A stretch of DNA of 62,564 nt, filler included, from Dirinaria sp. TL-2023a (Eukaryota), in NCBI GenBank assembly GCA_051941275.1. It is 4 parts of 4 records of this genome, joined end to end, with 100 filler letters (N's around TTAATTAATTAA, not from the genome) between each part and the next. Parts side by side here need not be neighbours in the genome. Positions count along the whole stretch, not along the records: positions 1 to 15,598 come from JAVEBF010000537.1; positions 15,699 to 31,262 come from JAVEBF010000538.1; 2 more parts are not named here. The stretch is one strand, 5' to 3'. The notes beneath the pieces were generated by a model, which was given only the letters and a program-made list of their open reading frames with translations, was not told the DNA's origin and did no database searches. Within the stretch, counting starts at the first letter, position 1. Every line of letters starts with the position of its first letter. The position numbers and the translations under genes are program-made. Below are positions 12,601 to 25,329 of the stretch, in pieces.

Positions 12601-15598
12601 TCCAAGAATGCTTTACCGGGTCCTTAATGAAGGATCGAGCAGTCGTACTTGTAACCCATCGCCCAGATCTCTGCCAAGGCATCGCCAAGCAGACGATAGA
12701 AATATTGGATGATGGCACCGCCCGTGTGCATGATCAAGCAACAGGGGCATTTGGGTCGCTTTCTAATGTTGAGTGCACCGTGTCGACTGAGGACGGCGAA
12801 AGGGACAATAAGAACCAAGAAGCAAATGATCCTCCCCAAAAGTTTATAGAAGACGAACATCGAGCTCATGGAGGAGTGCGCTTTGGGGTCTACTGGGCAT
12901 ATATGTAAGTACCTTTAGAGTTTTGAGGATTTTTCATCAGGAGTAATCACCATTGCGAGGAGCGGAAAATGGGATAGTAGATGGGTCAACCTTCTGGGGT
13001 GCGCTGCTAAAGCTTACGCTAATCATTTTCTTCCTACAGCAAAGCAGGAAAAATCAAGTGGTGGGTGGTATTGATCGTCGTTGTGGCGGCTTATCGCCTT
13101 CTAGCTGTTGCAGAGACCTGGTTTCTCAAGCAGTGGGGCGAGAGCTATGGTGATAGCTCTGCAACGCGATCTCTTATCACCACAATGGCACACCACACTG
13201 TTCACGTGAATGGTCTCCTTGACCGGTTGCCTTCCCCAGAGACTGATATTATGCCCTGGCTGTACGGTTTCCTCATCCTGGCGATTGCGCAGGCAGTTAT
13301 GTTCCTTTTCTCGGAAGGATTCATGTTGGTCATTATCTACACAGCTGGTCGCCAAATGTTCGAAGCCGTTCTGAGTCGTATTTCTGGTGCCACTTTCCGC
13401 TTTTACGATGTTACGGTAAGTATTATTCCCCCAGTTCATTACTGTATTTGCCCAAGTTTGGCCACTAGCACACATTTGAAGATTTGAGCTTCTTGGCATA
13501 ATACTCCAAATCCAGCCGTTGGTGCCTGAAGTATTTGCTGATTCTAGAGTAATCAGCCTGTAGGCAGACTGATGAACCGTATGACGTCTGACATCGGGAC
13601 GGTAGATGGCGATATTAGTCAACAATTGGAAGAAGTCGCGTGGCTTGTGATAACCTGGACAGCATCTATTGTGGTGATTGCATCTGTCACTCCAGTCTTC
13701 CTTATTTTCTCTGCGATTTTGACTGCTGCTTTCGTCCTGGTGTTCTTACGCTTTTTGCCAACATCGCAAAGCTTGCGGCGACTTGAGGTATGTCAAGTAC
13801 CCAAGAGATGACCATGACTGCCACTTTGTACCCTAGTGACACATATCCAGATGATCTCTCTAAGTCCGTTGATGTCGAATTTTGGAACGCTGTAAGTCCT
13901 TTCTGGCTTGTAAAAGTCCCGAAATTCCACATGGGGAACTTGCAGGATCCCACCTATTTTGCTGACTGCACTCGTTCGCCGTAGGCTTTCTGGCCTTGAC
14001 ACAGTCCGAGGTTTGTGACAACTTTCGTGAAGAGATTTTCAATTGAGTTGCTTACTCTCTTTTAAGCATTCAACGTTCAGGAACATTTTCAAAAACGCGT
14101 TATCGCAGTCACTGACTCCTTCCAAAAGATGGACCATTTCTACTGGTCAGAATTTGATGACTCTGTCATTTGCCAATAGCTGAGAAAGAAGTAGGAGCCT
14201 GCAGGCGTGGCTGATGTATCGCCTCGATGCCCTTTCGGCTTGCTCAACGTTCCTCATTACCTTACTTGCCCTTTATACGGGCGTTTCTCCCGGTCTGACA
14301 GCCTTCGTACTCATTGCAGCATCCCAGTGTGAGTAACACTCGTCGAAATTGTTATGTGACATTTATCAGAGCTAATATCGAAGGATGTAATAGTTGTCTC
14401 GAGTACGCACCGGCTTTGCAAGCGATACGGGAAACTTCAGATGGACTTTGTTTCCGTAGAAAGGGTAGTGGAGTATGTGATCCACCGAGTCCAGCTCCTT
14501 CAAAGATCCATCATTTTTCAAGCCAATTGTGCCAGACTTTCATGGATGCTTTTCCGCATTAGTCAAGTACTTCGGGCTGAAGGCGCTGACCTTTACAGGC
14601 TTTTGCATTTAGAGCAAGAACCACAAGGCAATGTGGACCCACCAGCCTGGTGGCCGTCATATACTGGCGACATAGTTTTCGATAATGTTACGATTCGATA
14701 CGCTCAACATCTGGATCCTGCTCTGTCCGACATATCTGTTCGTATCCCTGGAGGATCTACAACAGCTCTACTCGGCCGGACAGGTGATATAATGCAATTA
14801 TAGAATACATAGGGTTTTCGCTGAAAGAAATGCAGGATCCGGCAAAAGTACTTTAGCGCTAGCAATTCTCGCCACGAGTCTGTTTCCCGAATCACATATT
14901 TGCCATTACTGACCGAACGGCATAGATCTTCCCGAAGTCGGCAGTATCTCTGTCGACGGTATCGATGTGTCACAAGTCGATACGCAAGCCTTGCGAAGCC
15001 GCGTAGTAAGCACAGAATCCGGAGCTCTCTAATCCTGACTCATTCATTCGATTACTCTCGTCCTTGCTCTAACCCAAAACCCATTCCCAGACATTCCTCG
15101 CGCAGGAGCCGGTCCTATTCCCGGGAACGATGCGACAGAACCTCGACCCCCTCGATCAATACCCAGACAGCGCCTGCGAAGCCATCCTGCAACGCATCTT
15201 CCGCTCCGACGAATGGCGCCTGGACACGACCATCGATGCCGGCGGCAGTAATCTCAGCCAAGGGCAGAGGCAGCTGGTCGGCCTCGCGCGGGCCGTTCTA
15301 CGGCGCAGCCCCGTCGTCATCCTTGATGAGGTATGTACCTGTGCTCACTCCTAACCACTATCCCACCAAAAAAAAAAACTCAATTATAAAACCCCTTCCA
15401 GGCCACCGCATCAATCGACATCGAGACGGCAGCCCACATCCAACGCGTGCTGCGCGATGAACTGCGGGAAAGCACCATCATCACCATCGCGCACCGCTTG
15501 GAAGCGGTCCGCGGCGCCGATTACAGGGTCTTGCTGGCCAACGGCCGGGTTCTGGAGCAGGGGCCTGTGGCGGCTGGGATGGATGTTGGGATGGTTGG
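9623..15598 (+). CDS. ABCC/MRP-family full ABC transporter, many introns, 3' end runs into the contig end
   Basis: NBD1: GKVGVGKSS, LSGGQKMRVALARA, LLLDD. NBD2: GRTG^SGKST, LSQGQRQL, ILDE^ATASID, IAHRL. Two TM domains and an SPEDNLTLWQFMTVSWMSPLI lasso-type motif. Start is approximate. Confidence 0.92.
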
Positions 15599-15698
15599 NN
15601 NNNNNNNNNNNNNNNNNNNNNNNNNNNNNNNNNNNNNNNNNNTTAATTAATTAANNNNNNNNNNNNNNNNNNNNNNNNNNNNNNNNNNNNNNNNNNNN
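15599..15698. other. Artificial contig-join spacer
   Basis: 44 N + TTAATTAATTAA (stops in all six frames) + 44 N. Confidence 0.97.
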
Positions 15699-15910
15699 CC
15701 TGATCACCGCGCTCCTGCAATTCCACAATCGTGCTTTTCCATCTCGTAGATATGTTGGCAGCACGCGTTGCAGTTTGAGTTGCTTGCCATTATTTCCCAG
15801 ACTAGGAGCTCGTCGTTTTCCGTGGTGTAGACGGCTCGACAGAGGAGATGTATGGACCTGAATTGCATTCTTCTTGCACTACTGGCTGATCATGGGTTCC
15901 GGGAAGAAGC

Positions 15911-17117
15911 TCATGATTGCCCATCCATTGCATCTTGAACCGCAACCGTGCTCGGCACATCCCTATCATCCGTCGTGATTGTCTCCTTCTCAATCCCGCC
16001 ATACGTCTCCCGATACCCCACCAGCATATCCAGTGTGATATTCGACCCGCCGCACACCACGATCACGACTTTACTCTCCCTCTTCAAACCCGGGAGTAAC
16101 TTCCTCAAGCGGCCATCGTAGCAAACGGCGACACTGACGCCGCACGCCGGCTCGACCAACATCCTCTCATCGTCCGCCAACCGCCAACATCCCATCGCGG
16201 CCTCGGCATCGCTGAGAACGATACTTTGCACGCTGTCTCTGCTCCGCGCCATCTCGAACGCTTTGCCACAGACCTTTTTCGCGCCCAGCGTGGTCGCCAC
16301 GCTCGTGATGCGGTCCAAGGTAACCAATTCGCCCCGCTGTAAACTCAGGTTCAAACTCTCGGCCCCTTCGGTCTCCATCGCCAACACCTTCGACGACCAG
16401 CCGACCTGATCCAGCCCCATCATGATCCCCGCAAACAGGCCCCCGCCCCCAACACTGCACACGATCGCCTCCGGAGGAACCCCGCTCAATTGAGCCTGCA
16501 GTTCCTGAACCAGCGTCGCATGGCCCTTCCACACCTCCGCGTCGTCAAACGGCGGCACATACACCCCGCGCTCCGCATCCCGCGGCAGCACTTCCTCCCT
16601 GAGGAAATTGTCTGCCTCCTGCCAACTGTCGCCGTGCTGTATGACGGCGACACTAGGGCCCGCGGTCCGGATCTTCGCAATCATGTATGCTGACGTCGAG
16701 GTCGGTACGATGACCGTGCAGGGGCATTGCAGGGCTGTGGCGCTCGTGGCGCACGCGAGGCCCGCGTTGCCGCCGGAGGAGGAGTAGAAATGCGGTTTGC
16801 TGTTCTTTTTCTGGTCTTGGGGGTTCTGATCATGGGTCTTGTTCATGGCGGATGAGGAGGAGAGGCAGGAGAGCATTTTATTGCCGATCCCGCGCGATTT
16901 GAAGGAGCCGGATGGTTGCAGGTTTTCGAGTTTGAGGAAGATTCGGCTGGGGGTTTCTGTATTAGTTTGTTGTATTAGTTTTTGGGGAGAAAAGACACAC
17001 ACACCATCCAGCAGCTTTTGACAGAGCGCGCGACTCGATCAATGGTGTTTCCACCCACGGTTTGGGATATGCCTCTGCCTCTGCTGCAGCTGTAGCTGTT
17101 GTGTGGGTGCTTCCCAT
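15911..17117 (-). CDS. L-serine/L-threonine dehydratase (PLP fold II, CHA1-like), 2 exons
   Basis: Motifs LKLENLQPSGSFKSRG, SSGGNAGLA, PPFD..VWKGH, CSVGGGGL, VEPACG, VVCGGSN. ATG 17117, followed by PWVETPL and one intron ~16959-17002. Confidence 0.92.
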
Positions 17118-17982
17118 TTTTTTTCTATATCATATAATAATGGCTACCTTAGCCTAAGCTTGCGAAATGTCGTTCTAAGAATATATATATCGGCCGAATC
17201 TGAGGAATATATATACAGGCAATAATGGAAGTAGTGCAACAAACAGACGTCCAGCGCCCATAGTTTAGATATAGAAAAGGGTCGTTGTGGAAGGAAGCTG
17301 GTTGAGGGTTGTGGTTCTGGGCGGGTATCGTCGGATCTACATAGTAGATAAAGTACGGAGTATCACCTTTAGAATAAAGTAGTGCTAAGAAAATGCCGAG
17401 GGTTATGCAAACGAGGATAATTTCGCAAGAAGTATTCAAGGTCTCTCTTGCTCATTTGAGTCATGCTTTCAGCGTAGCCTTTTTTTCGGATGAAGTGTCT
17501 TTATTGCTACGGCTACGATATGATACGCTTGAAACGACGAAACCCACGGTCCAGCGCTCTAATTAGCTCGATCTCGACTTGATGTCACAGGGCTCCCGCA
17601 TGGGTTGCCACGGGGGCTCGGAGGTTGGCCCTTCGATGTCTCGACCCCGTATCCCCTACCGCTTCGTTTCCTCCGTATCAAGTTCACCGTTCCAACATCT
17701 GGACTACGTAATTGCCCAGAATAGGCAAGAATTTCCAATGGTGGAAGAGTCCCCCCAGTTGCCATGATTGCCATTTATGACTTCAACCAGCTTTTAACGG
17801 TTTTCTCGAATTGGCGATGGCTCTTCATTGGATCGGGAGTGTTCCATAGTCATCTCATCAGAATATTTTAGACACGAGGGACCGGGATTCCAACGGTTTT
17901 TGACTCCTTGTACCCCGGTACTGCTATGCGACTCCTTATCAAGGAGGTTTGCCTTAGTTCGAACGTGAGCGACATAATCCTG

Positions 17983-18816
17983 TCAGGTATTCGCGTGCAA
18001 GCTCGATCCGTTGACGATGGAAGCATTAACCGGCGTCCTCGCTATGAAGTGAGTAAAATCTCCAGTTATCATGTCCATAGAAGATCCCGTCGACCAAATG
18101 GCCACAGCAATACTCTTATGGTGACCTGCAAAATAGGAAAAGGCTATCAGCACCCTCAGATCAATCCTAGTTTCTGTCACCTTCCTAAAAAAAAAAAGGG
18201 ATATATACCCGCGTGGTCCCATCCAGCCATCTTCTTATCCCTCACACACAGCTCGTACACAGATTTAGCCACTTTCAATACCTTTTCCCAGGTTGCAACA
18301 TCAGTTGGCGTGCTCGCTTCAGCGCCACCTGTTCCTGGTAAGATCCCAGGGGTGAAGTAATCCACCATCACGATTGTGATGGTGCATGTTCCTGTAGAAC
18401 GGACGGTGAGTCCCCTCCTAACGCAGAACTAGGAAAATAGGGTCCTTCTAAACGTTCTATCATGACTTACCAAAGGTATATTTCCTCGGCGTTGGCTCTT
18501 GTCTTAAAAAGGTAGTTGGCTTGTGGTATGCGGTTAGAAATTCCAGCCTCTCTAGTCCACCAGCAGCCATCTCCTCATAGTAGAGATAGTCGAGCGCGCC
18601 GATGCAGTCACTTTGAGAGAGTTGAGGCTTGAACCAGCTGTCTCTGTTAGTGCATTGATTCAGTGGGGGCAAATTGAGAGGGAAGAATGGGTCATGCGAG
18701 GAAGCGTTGGAGAACGTGGATATGAGATTTGGGTTTGGTCGGATGCTTGCAGATTTGGAACCTGCTGGCATCAAAAAGATTAGAAGGAGGATGGCGTGGG
18801 CCAGATAGGTAATCAT
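17983..18816 (-). CDS. Small secreted 4-cysteine protein (effector-like), 3 exons
   Basis: Signal peptide MITYLAHAILLLIFLMPAGSKS. Exons join as PRKYTF^GTCTITIVM..DVATWEKV..ELC..AGWDHA^GHHKSIAVAIWSTGS via GT..AG introns. Confidence 0.8.
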
Positions 18817-20072
18817 TGTTTGGAGAAGTCAATTAGCCTTTGGTAGACCGACTCTGCTACATTGATCATAGACTCTTCAAACGCAAGTTTGAGCATCGAG
18901 GCAAGCATTCACAGTCGTCAGCTCTCAGAGCCATACTGACAGAGATGTTCGCCTTGTACTGGTACATGCGCTTCTGGGACAGCCGCGAGAGAACTTCGAG
19001 CCAATCACGGAAGAATTACATTAAAAAATTGACTGAACAGCAACTTGCCGATACACCCTTCGCGCACGATTCTTGCGCACCTATAACGCTATAATATCTG
19101 GTATATGCTTCATCAGTTGCCCAATTTGATGGTTAATACAAAGCTGGAGTTTTGCCTCCAGTCCAGTATTTATACGACACCCCAATATTCGAACGGAGCG
19201 CACGGCAGTGCACTTAATGGAGACAATTATTTTCTGAAAGCGTCACAGACTTAGAGAACGGTCCAGGATTAATAGTCTGATCGAAAAGGGTAATAGAGGT
19301 ATGACGCTTGAGAAGGATACCCAGGATCGCTTCGTCGAATTTTCGGGACGTTACGAATGATCATATGCAACGAAGAGAAACCAAAAGGAGGAAAAATAAA
19401 GTAAATGGAAAATAAAAGAAGAAAGAAGATGATAAGAAAAGTTCCATCCATCTCTGAATCGAGAGAAAATCATCGCCATCCAACTCAAGCCAAAAAAATC
19501 CTCCAAACAGCGAAAGTCGACACGCCAAACGTTGAAATCATAGATAACACCTCTCTCAACTCGGATGCAAAAAGTATCCTCAAAGCTTTTCTGAAAAGAT
19601 CCGAGACTCCTTACCTACCTTAATTTTCGAAGCAAGGAAAGGTGAACTATGAAGTACTGAAGATTCAAGAACTTGCCAAGAGAGTCATGTGATAGAAATC
19701 CGGAAAGAGCGCCGCGTTGAATAGGAGAACCAGGTCTGGCTTTTTCCCTCGTTATCATGTGGGGATTCATTTGAAGTCAATCTGCAGCTTTAAACATGTG
19801 ATCTTTTGATGTTCTCATGCAATGCATATTGGACCGTTGAATAGATCTGCTTAGAAGGGGGTAAAAGGGGGTAATTCAAGTCTTCGCCTCTTTGCATCGC
19901 TGCTCGAATCGCAACTAGTCATTTTGGTTTGAATTGATGCATTGTCATCAGAAGCGACAGCTTTCTGGTTATTAAAATAGCTGAGCCGTAGCAGAGGCAA
20001 AATAGGACCCTCCCATGTGGCAATGTCCCTGTCAATCACAAAACCCATCCTCTGAGCCCAACACAGCAGTCG

Positions 20073-20772
20073 TCACAGTTCGGCCAATCCTTCGCCTTCA
20101 ACATACTCCTCGCCGTAGACCTGCCTCCTCAGCTCATCCATGCCTTCCCTATCCCCACCCATCACCTTCAAGATATAGCTCTCCAGCAACAAAAGATTAT
20201 CCGTCCACCTCTCCGCCTTCACCTTCAAGTCCTCAACTTCCTTCCTTTTTCTCTCCACCTCGCCCGGATCAGCGTCCGCATAGCCAGCCAATTCCTTCCG
20301 CAGCGCAGCCACTTCCTCTGCCAAAACCTGCTGCTTCTTCACCAGTTCTTCCCTGTCTTCACCTCGCCCACCCGCACGCTCTTCCCTCGCGGTGTTGATC
20401 TTCATCTCCAAGTCCGCCACATTGGCCTCCACGCCCTGCAAATCGGCTCTGAGCTTCGCCAGCTCATTTTCCCGGACCCGAGTCTCTTCCGATGCGAAGC
20501 TCCAGTACCAGTTCCCGCTCCCGATCTTCTCGACGTGGATCTGGTTGTTGTTGGTCAGGTCTTGTAGGTAGTCTTTGACTTGCATTCCATTGATGGTCGC
20601 GACCGAGGGAAGGGCTTTCTCGAGTTCTTTCAGTGTGTGCACGGTCATGGATTGGCGGAAATAGGAGAGGATGAGGGCCTTTTTGGCAGCTGGCAGGTCG
20701 GTTTTGGGGGGCTGCGAGGATTTTTCAGCAGATAGCTAGGCGAGAGGGCTTGATTGTGGTAAGCATTACCAT
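20073..20772 (-). CDS. MND1: Meiotic nuclear division protein 1
   Basis: First exon is the ATG only (20770-20772), then an intron. Motifs HTLKELEK, GMQVKDYLQ, EKIGSGNWYWSF, coiled coil, ERWTDNL. Confidence 0.93.
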
Positions 20773-21610
20773 TGCGATGCAGGAGACAATCTGCGCTGGA
20801 CTTGAGTTAGTGCTTTTAGAAAACGTACAATTCATAAGCGAACAGATGTGGTTTTGGACGATTGGAAAAATGGGGCTTCTTAGGTGACGTGGTGATAGGG
20901 TTCGAGCTTAAGCGAAAATACCCCAAGGTATCAGGCTCTGACAGATGGCACGCTTTGGAGGTGCCGTCACAGAAGAATATTTTTTAAATGCTGGAAACAC
21001 GGTATACGAGGGCTAGACGATAACTTCGCTGGTTGATGGTATTGCAAATTGATGAAACTATGTTTTAGTTTGCAGGAGGCGAATATCTTCAATCGCCGCT
21101 GAACGAGATGGGACGGAAGGTCAGAGAGCGCAGAGGAATTATTTCTAAGAGGATTCGACCAGCCTGTAACCTCGCACAAAATACAGAGGTACTTCTAAGT
21201 AGTTTCCAAGACATGCGCCGCTCCTTGCCAAACACGGTTCATGTTTCAGATATGAAGATGAGATGACCTACCTGAAGACCTTTGTCTTTTACTTTGTATG
21301 CTTTCTCGTCAGTAATTCGCGGGACTTGAGATGCTCTTAAAACCTTGCAATCCTAAGCTAAACTTAGAGACCGTGTGGATCGGTTATAGGCGCACAGTCA
21401 AGCACCGTATAATATTGCGCGCATCGCAGCAATAATTGCAAGCGTAGCAGCTGGACAGTTGAGGACAGTTGAGGAGGATAGAACATCCTGTGAAATCCGA
21501 AGCAGACTGGCAAGCCTTCCAATAGGGCTGCGCTTGCGGGGGATATAATTCCATTCCCCACCAAAGCAAAGACAGCGGGTGCGAAAAGCTAGAAGACTGC
21601 AATGCCTTGT

Positions 21611-22240
21611 TCACTGTTTCTTGCCCTTCTTGCGCTTCTTGTTGACCTTTGAATTTTGCGCCGGTTGAGAAATATTGTCTTCGGCTTGACTATGCAGGCT
21701 ATCTTGCCCTTCTTCGGGCGTATCATGCCTACGCGTTTCACCGCCCATATCTCTCGGTGCCGGAGAATTATTAATCTTCTCTCCCTCGACGAAGACGGTA
21801 TCCCCCGTGGGACCGAGAATCTCGTCTGCAGCTTCTTCCACCAGCGCTCCCATTGCTAACAAAGCAGTCTCATCCATGCTCCTGAACATTACTTTCCCAT
21901 TCTCTCCCATTGCTCCATAGAAGTCCGCAGCATAAGCATGTACGGCTTTGAGGAGATCTGAATCTGGCAAGGTCTGGTCGGCAGTCAAATGCCGGTTTGC
22001 CCAATAGAAGTCATCGTGCACATCGCGCTCCGGCGCCCCCAGGCGGCGGAAGAGGACTTCCTCAGGCGGAATGGGGAGAGTACTGGAGGTCTGAGTGTCT
22101 CGGGTACGGGAAGTGTAAGGGGTTGGAGGAATGAATCGTTGAGTAGAAACGCGTCCGGCGACGGCATCGTAGATATTTGCATCGCGTTGGTGTTTCCTAG
22201 AAGGAAAGGATGAATGAATGGAGCTTCGACGACTTGGCAT
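21611..22240 (-). CDS. RRN10: Rrn10-like subunit of RNA polymerase I upstream activation factor
   Basis: NIYDAVAG, PEEVLF, LPDSDLLKAVHAY and RSMDETALLAMG.LVEE match the Rrn10 pattern as I recall it. Basic NLS-like tail. Confidence 0.7.
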   Translation of the reverse strand: MPSRRSSIHSSFPSRKHQRDANIYDAVAGRVSTQRFIPPTPYTSRTRDTQTSSTLPIPPEEVLFRRLGAPERDVHDDFYWANRHLTADQTLPDSDLLKAVHAYAADFYGAMGENGKVMFRSMDETALLAMGALVEEAADEILGPTGDTVFVEGEKINNSPAPRDMGGETRRHDTPEEGQDSLHSQAEDNISQPAQNSKVNKKRKKGKKQ

Positions 22241-22595
22241 GGCTCATATTGAGCATAACTTATGCAGCTAAGGACGCTATTCGTAGATGGTTAAATTGAA
22301 AGGGAGAACAGTAACTGGAGGGCTGGCAAGGCTCACTGGATTACCTAGTTGAGAAGGGCAGACCTAGCTCAGACATTGTTGTTGAATTAATTGAAAACTA
22401 GGGTTGAAATTCACCTGTGTAAAGCCACATTGTGGTCCGAACATCGTCCGTGAGCCTCCAAAACTGAACAGAAAACAGCCCGAAACCTCGAATAGGCTTA
22501 GTGCCCTCTTTTAAATCACTGATGCATTTATGGAAAAGTGCTTGATTTTTGCGCATTTAATTTGGGAAGACTCGTCCCATCCATGCTTCTAATGC

Positions 22596-24082
22596 ATGAA
22601 TTCACATATCTTTGCCCGCGCTCTCGGTACATTCAGCCCCCAAGCTCTGCAGCGCGCCGAGACCTCTCGCCTGTTGAACGCACTCGAAGCTGCGTCAGAT
22701 GTAAAATTCGATGGACGCGATGACACTACACAATCTTCCCGTCCCGAGGGTGCAACGGGAGGTGACACCCTCTGGGCGCATAAAGCCGGCGTGAATTGTG
22801 TGGCAATAGACAAATTTGAGGGCCGCTAGTTAGCCAGACTGGCTTTGGAAGATCTTCAAATGCTGAGAATGATTGCAGCATGCTGACTGGGGGTGCGGAC
22901 CCTTCGATCAAACTCTGGGATCTTGAAAATGCGGAAACTACGTCTAAGAGCTGTGTGCACAAGCCCATTGGCTCAGTCGAGAGGTATGGCATAGTAGGAA
23001 AAATCAATCTGAAGCGCCCTAGCTCAAGCTTCTCCAGATCGTCTGAAACCCATCGCTTTGGCATAACTCACGTCTCGTTCTACCCATTCGACTCGCTCGC
23101 ATTTTTGTCATCGTCATACGACCACGCGCTGAAGATATACGATAGTCAGACACTTACTCCTTCGGCTTCCTTTGATCTTGCCTCCGTGGTATACTCCCAC
23201 GCGCTCTCGCCTATTGCTGCCCACTTGCTGGTAGCATGCGCCACGCAAATTCCAGCAGTCCGTCTTGTAGATTTGCGCAGTGGCGCGAGTGCCCATTCAC
23301 TTTCCGGCCACCAAGGAGCCGTGCTCACTGTTTGCTGGAGCCCGCAAGATGGCCATATTCTGGCAAGTGGTGGTACAGATGGTACGGTCAGGCTTTGGGA
23401 TATTCGCCGAAGTGCCAGTAGCCTGGGTGTCTTGGATTTAGAGGACTCAGTAGGGATGTGGGGAGAAGACGGCTTGGGGAAGAATGCTCGTCCGCGAGAG
23501 CACGGGAAGGCACACGTTGGGACCTGCAATGGCGTGACATGGACAGACGATGGGAAATACCTTATCACAGCTGGCCATGACGAAAGAGTGAGAGTCTGGG
23601 ACTCTGGATCTGGTGCTAACGCGCTTGCCCATTTTGGCCCAACTATTAAGAATACGCATCTCTCAACGTTGCTTCCTCTAATTCTTCCAAGTAATGTAGC
23701 ACCCTGGCCCCACCAGGTGATGTTTTACCCAAATGAAAAAGAGATTTTAATGTTCGATCTCCTAGAAGGAACCTTGCTAAAGCGACTTCGCATTCCAGGG
23801 GTTGCCTTCACTGCTACTCAGGCCCGCAGTAGCGCTGGGCACAGGAATCTCAAAACCAGGATCACGTCTCTAGCATGGAGAACTGGCACCACTGAGTTGT
23901 ACTCTGCGCACTCCGACGGATTGGTTCGACCTTGGATGCCGAGAACAGCAGAGGAGGCCGAGCTTGACAGCGAAGAAGCATTGGAAGGCGAGAGTGGTGA
24001 GGAAGAGAGCCGAAAGCGAAAAAGGCAGGCTCTTGATGATGTCTTTAGAGATCTTACGAAGCAGAAGATCACTTTCATTTGA
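22596..24082 (+). CDS. Cockayne syndrome A / ERCC8 (Rad28/Ckn1)-like WD40 protein
   Basis: WD40 repeats plus CSA-type motifs EGRY^MLTGGAD, FYPFDSLAFLSSSYD, VRLVDLRSG, WDIRRS. Introns ~22832-22878 and ~22985-23037. Confidence 0.88.
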
Positions 24083-24198
24083 TTTCGTCCCAAATGTGCA
24101 TGACGTATGTCATCCAAGAGCAATCTCATCACAGAGGCTCATTTCATCCGAAGGCCTTGGTCTGGAAGCTTGTATAGGTCATGTGGCTATCTTCCTTC

Positions 24199-25329
24199 TC
24201 ACAGGAGCCTTTCTACACGCAACACGCCTCTTTCGGGCAGGTCTTCTTGTTCCACTAGGTCTCCAGCCTCAAGTCTCTTCTTCCACTTTTCGGCCTCGTC
24301 CCGCGCTAGTACGACTGTCATCCTCACAACCGGTTTCTTGGTATTCGGATCCTTTTGAGCAGTGGAGGCGATCGTAAATTCTGGAGAAGCAGGTCCCATA
24401 GGAGTGAAAGTCCATCTACCAAATGCCCAGTTGAGGACATATTTTGCATTGACCTGTCCTTGGGGTACTGTGGCTGCTTCAGCGTTGCCGTCGGAAGAAG
24501 TAGGTGGTTTCGAAGCCACTATTATCGCCTTGATGCGATAGATCTCGTCCTTTGGAGCTGACAGAAGGAACATTTCCAATTTCTCAAGGTCTACCCCTAG
24601 CAGTGAGTCACCCTGAGATGAGAGCGTGACAGAGAGTACCTCAACCTCGCTCTCGTGGCTCGTCGTATGGTTGTGTTTATGGCTGTTTGGGACACTGTCG
24701 TTGATCCCAATTACCATATTTTTGGCCAGCGCGCTGTCCAATCCCAAGAGTATGTCCTTATCAATGCGACCCTTCGACGACTTAATGGTGGCAACTTGAA
24801 GCTCTAAATCTCCAACGCGATCCAGGCAGTCTTCGTACCTACGCTCATCGACCGTCTCCCACTTGTTGAAAACAATAAGGTCCGTGAACTTCATCTGCAT
24901 CTTCGCAGCATACCCTATGTCGTCGTAGCCCTTCCAATTCTCCACATCGACTACCACAACCACGCCATCAAGCACATAGTTTCCAGTCTCCCTTCCAATC
25001 CTGTTGACCTCCATGGCCAGAGTTGCCGGAAAAGCATTCCCACTGGTCTCGATGATAATGCGACTCGGGTCAACGTCTTTGCGCAAATCCTCGAGGGCGT
25101 CACCAAGCTGTCCAACGAGGTTGCAGCAAATACAGCCATTAAGCAGCTCTTGGACGCCGCCAATGGCCGACGATGCTGCCAGCTGCGAGTCGATGGCAAT
25201 ATCGCCAAATTCATTCTTGAGCAATGCGAGCCGGTATCCTTCCGGTAATTGGGGAAGAAGATTGAGAATTAGCGTGGTTTTGCCAGAGCCAAGGAAGCCA
25301 CTGAAGATCGTAATTGGTATAGGTGCCAT
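24199..25329 (-). CDS. CobW/COG0523 G3E P-loop GTPase (metallochaperone)
   Basis: Motifs PITIFSGFLGSGKTT, KNEFG, LLNGCICC, IIETSG, FNKW, His-rich HKHNHTTSH, IYRIKA. Intronless. Confidence 0.92.
   Translation of the reverse strand: MAPIPITIFSGFLGSGKTTLILNLLPQLPEGYRLALLKNEFGDIAIDSQLAASSAIGGVQELLNGCICCNLVGQLGDALEDLRKDVDPSRIIIETSGNAFPATLAMEVNRIGRETGNYVLDGVVVVVDVENWKGYDDIGYAAKMQMKFTDLIVFNKWETVDERRYEDCLDRVGDLELQVATIKSSKGRIDKDILLGLDSALAKNMVIGINDSVPNSHKHNHTTSHESEVEVLSVTLSSQGDSLLGVDLEKLEMFLLSAPKDEIYRIKAIIVASKPPTSSDGNAEAATVPQGQVNAKYVLNWAFGRWTFTPMGPASPEFTIASTAQKDPNTKKPVVRMTVVLARDEAEKWKKRLEAGDLVEQEDLPERGVLRVERLL

Noticed and set aside
15643..15654. TTAATTAATTAA repeated at ~15.6-kb periodicity
   Set aside because: Synthetic six-frame-stop linker embedded in N runs.
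7231..17117. Apparent amino-acid catabolic cluster (BCAT + ABC transporter + Ser dehydratase)
   Set aside because: The dehydratase lies across an artificial contig join, and no NRPS/PKS backbone gene is present.
20073..24082. DNA repair/meiosis cluster (MND1, CSA-like)
   Set aside because: Ordinary adjacency of unrelated core genes.
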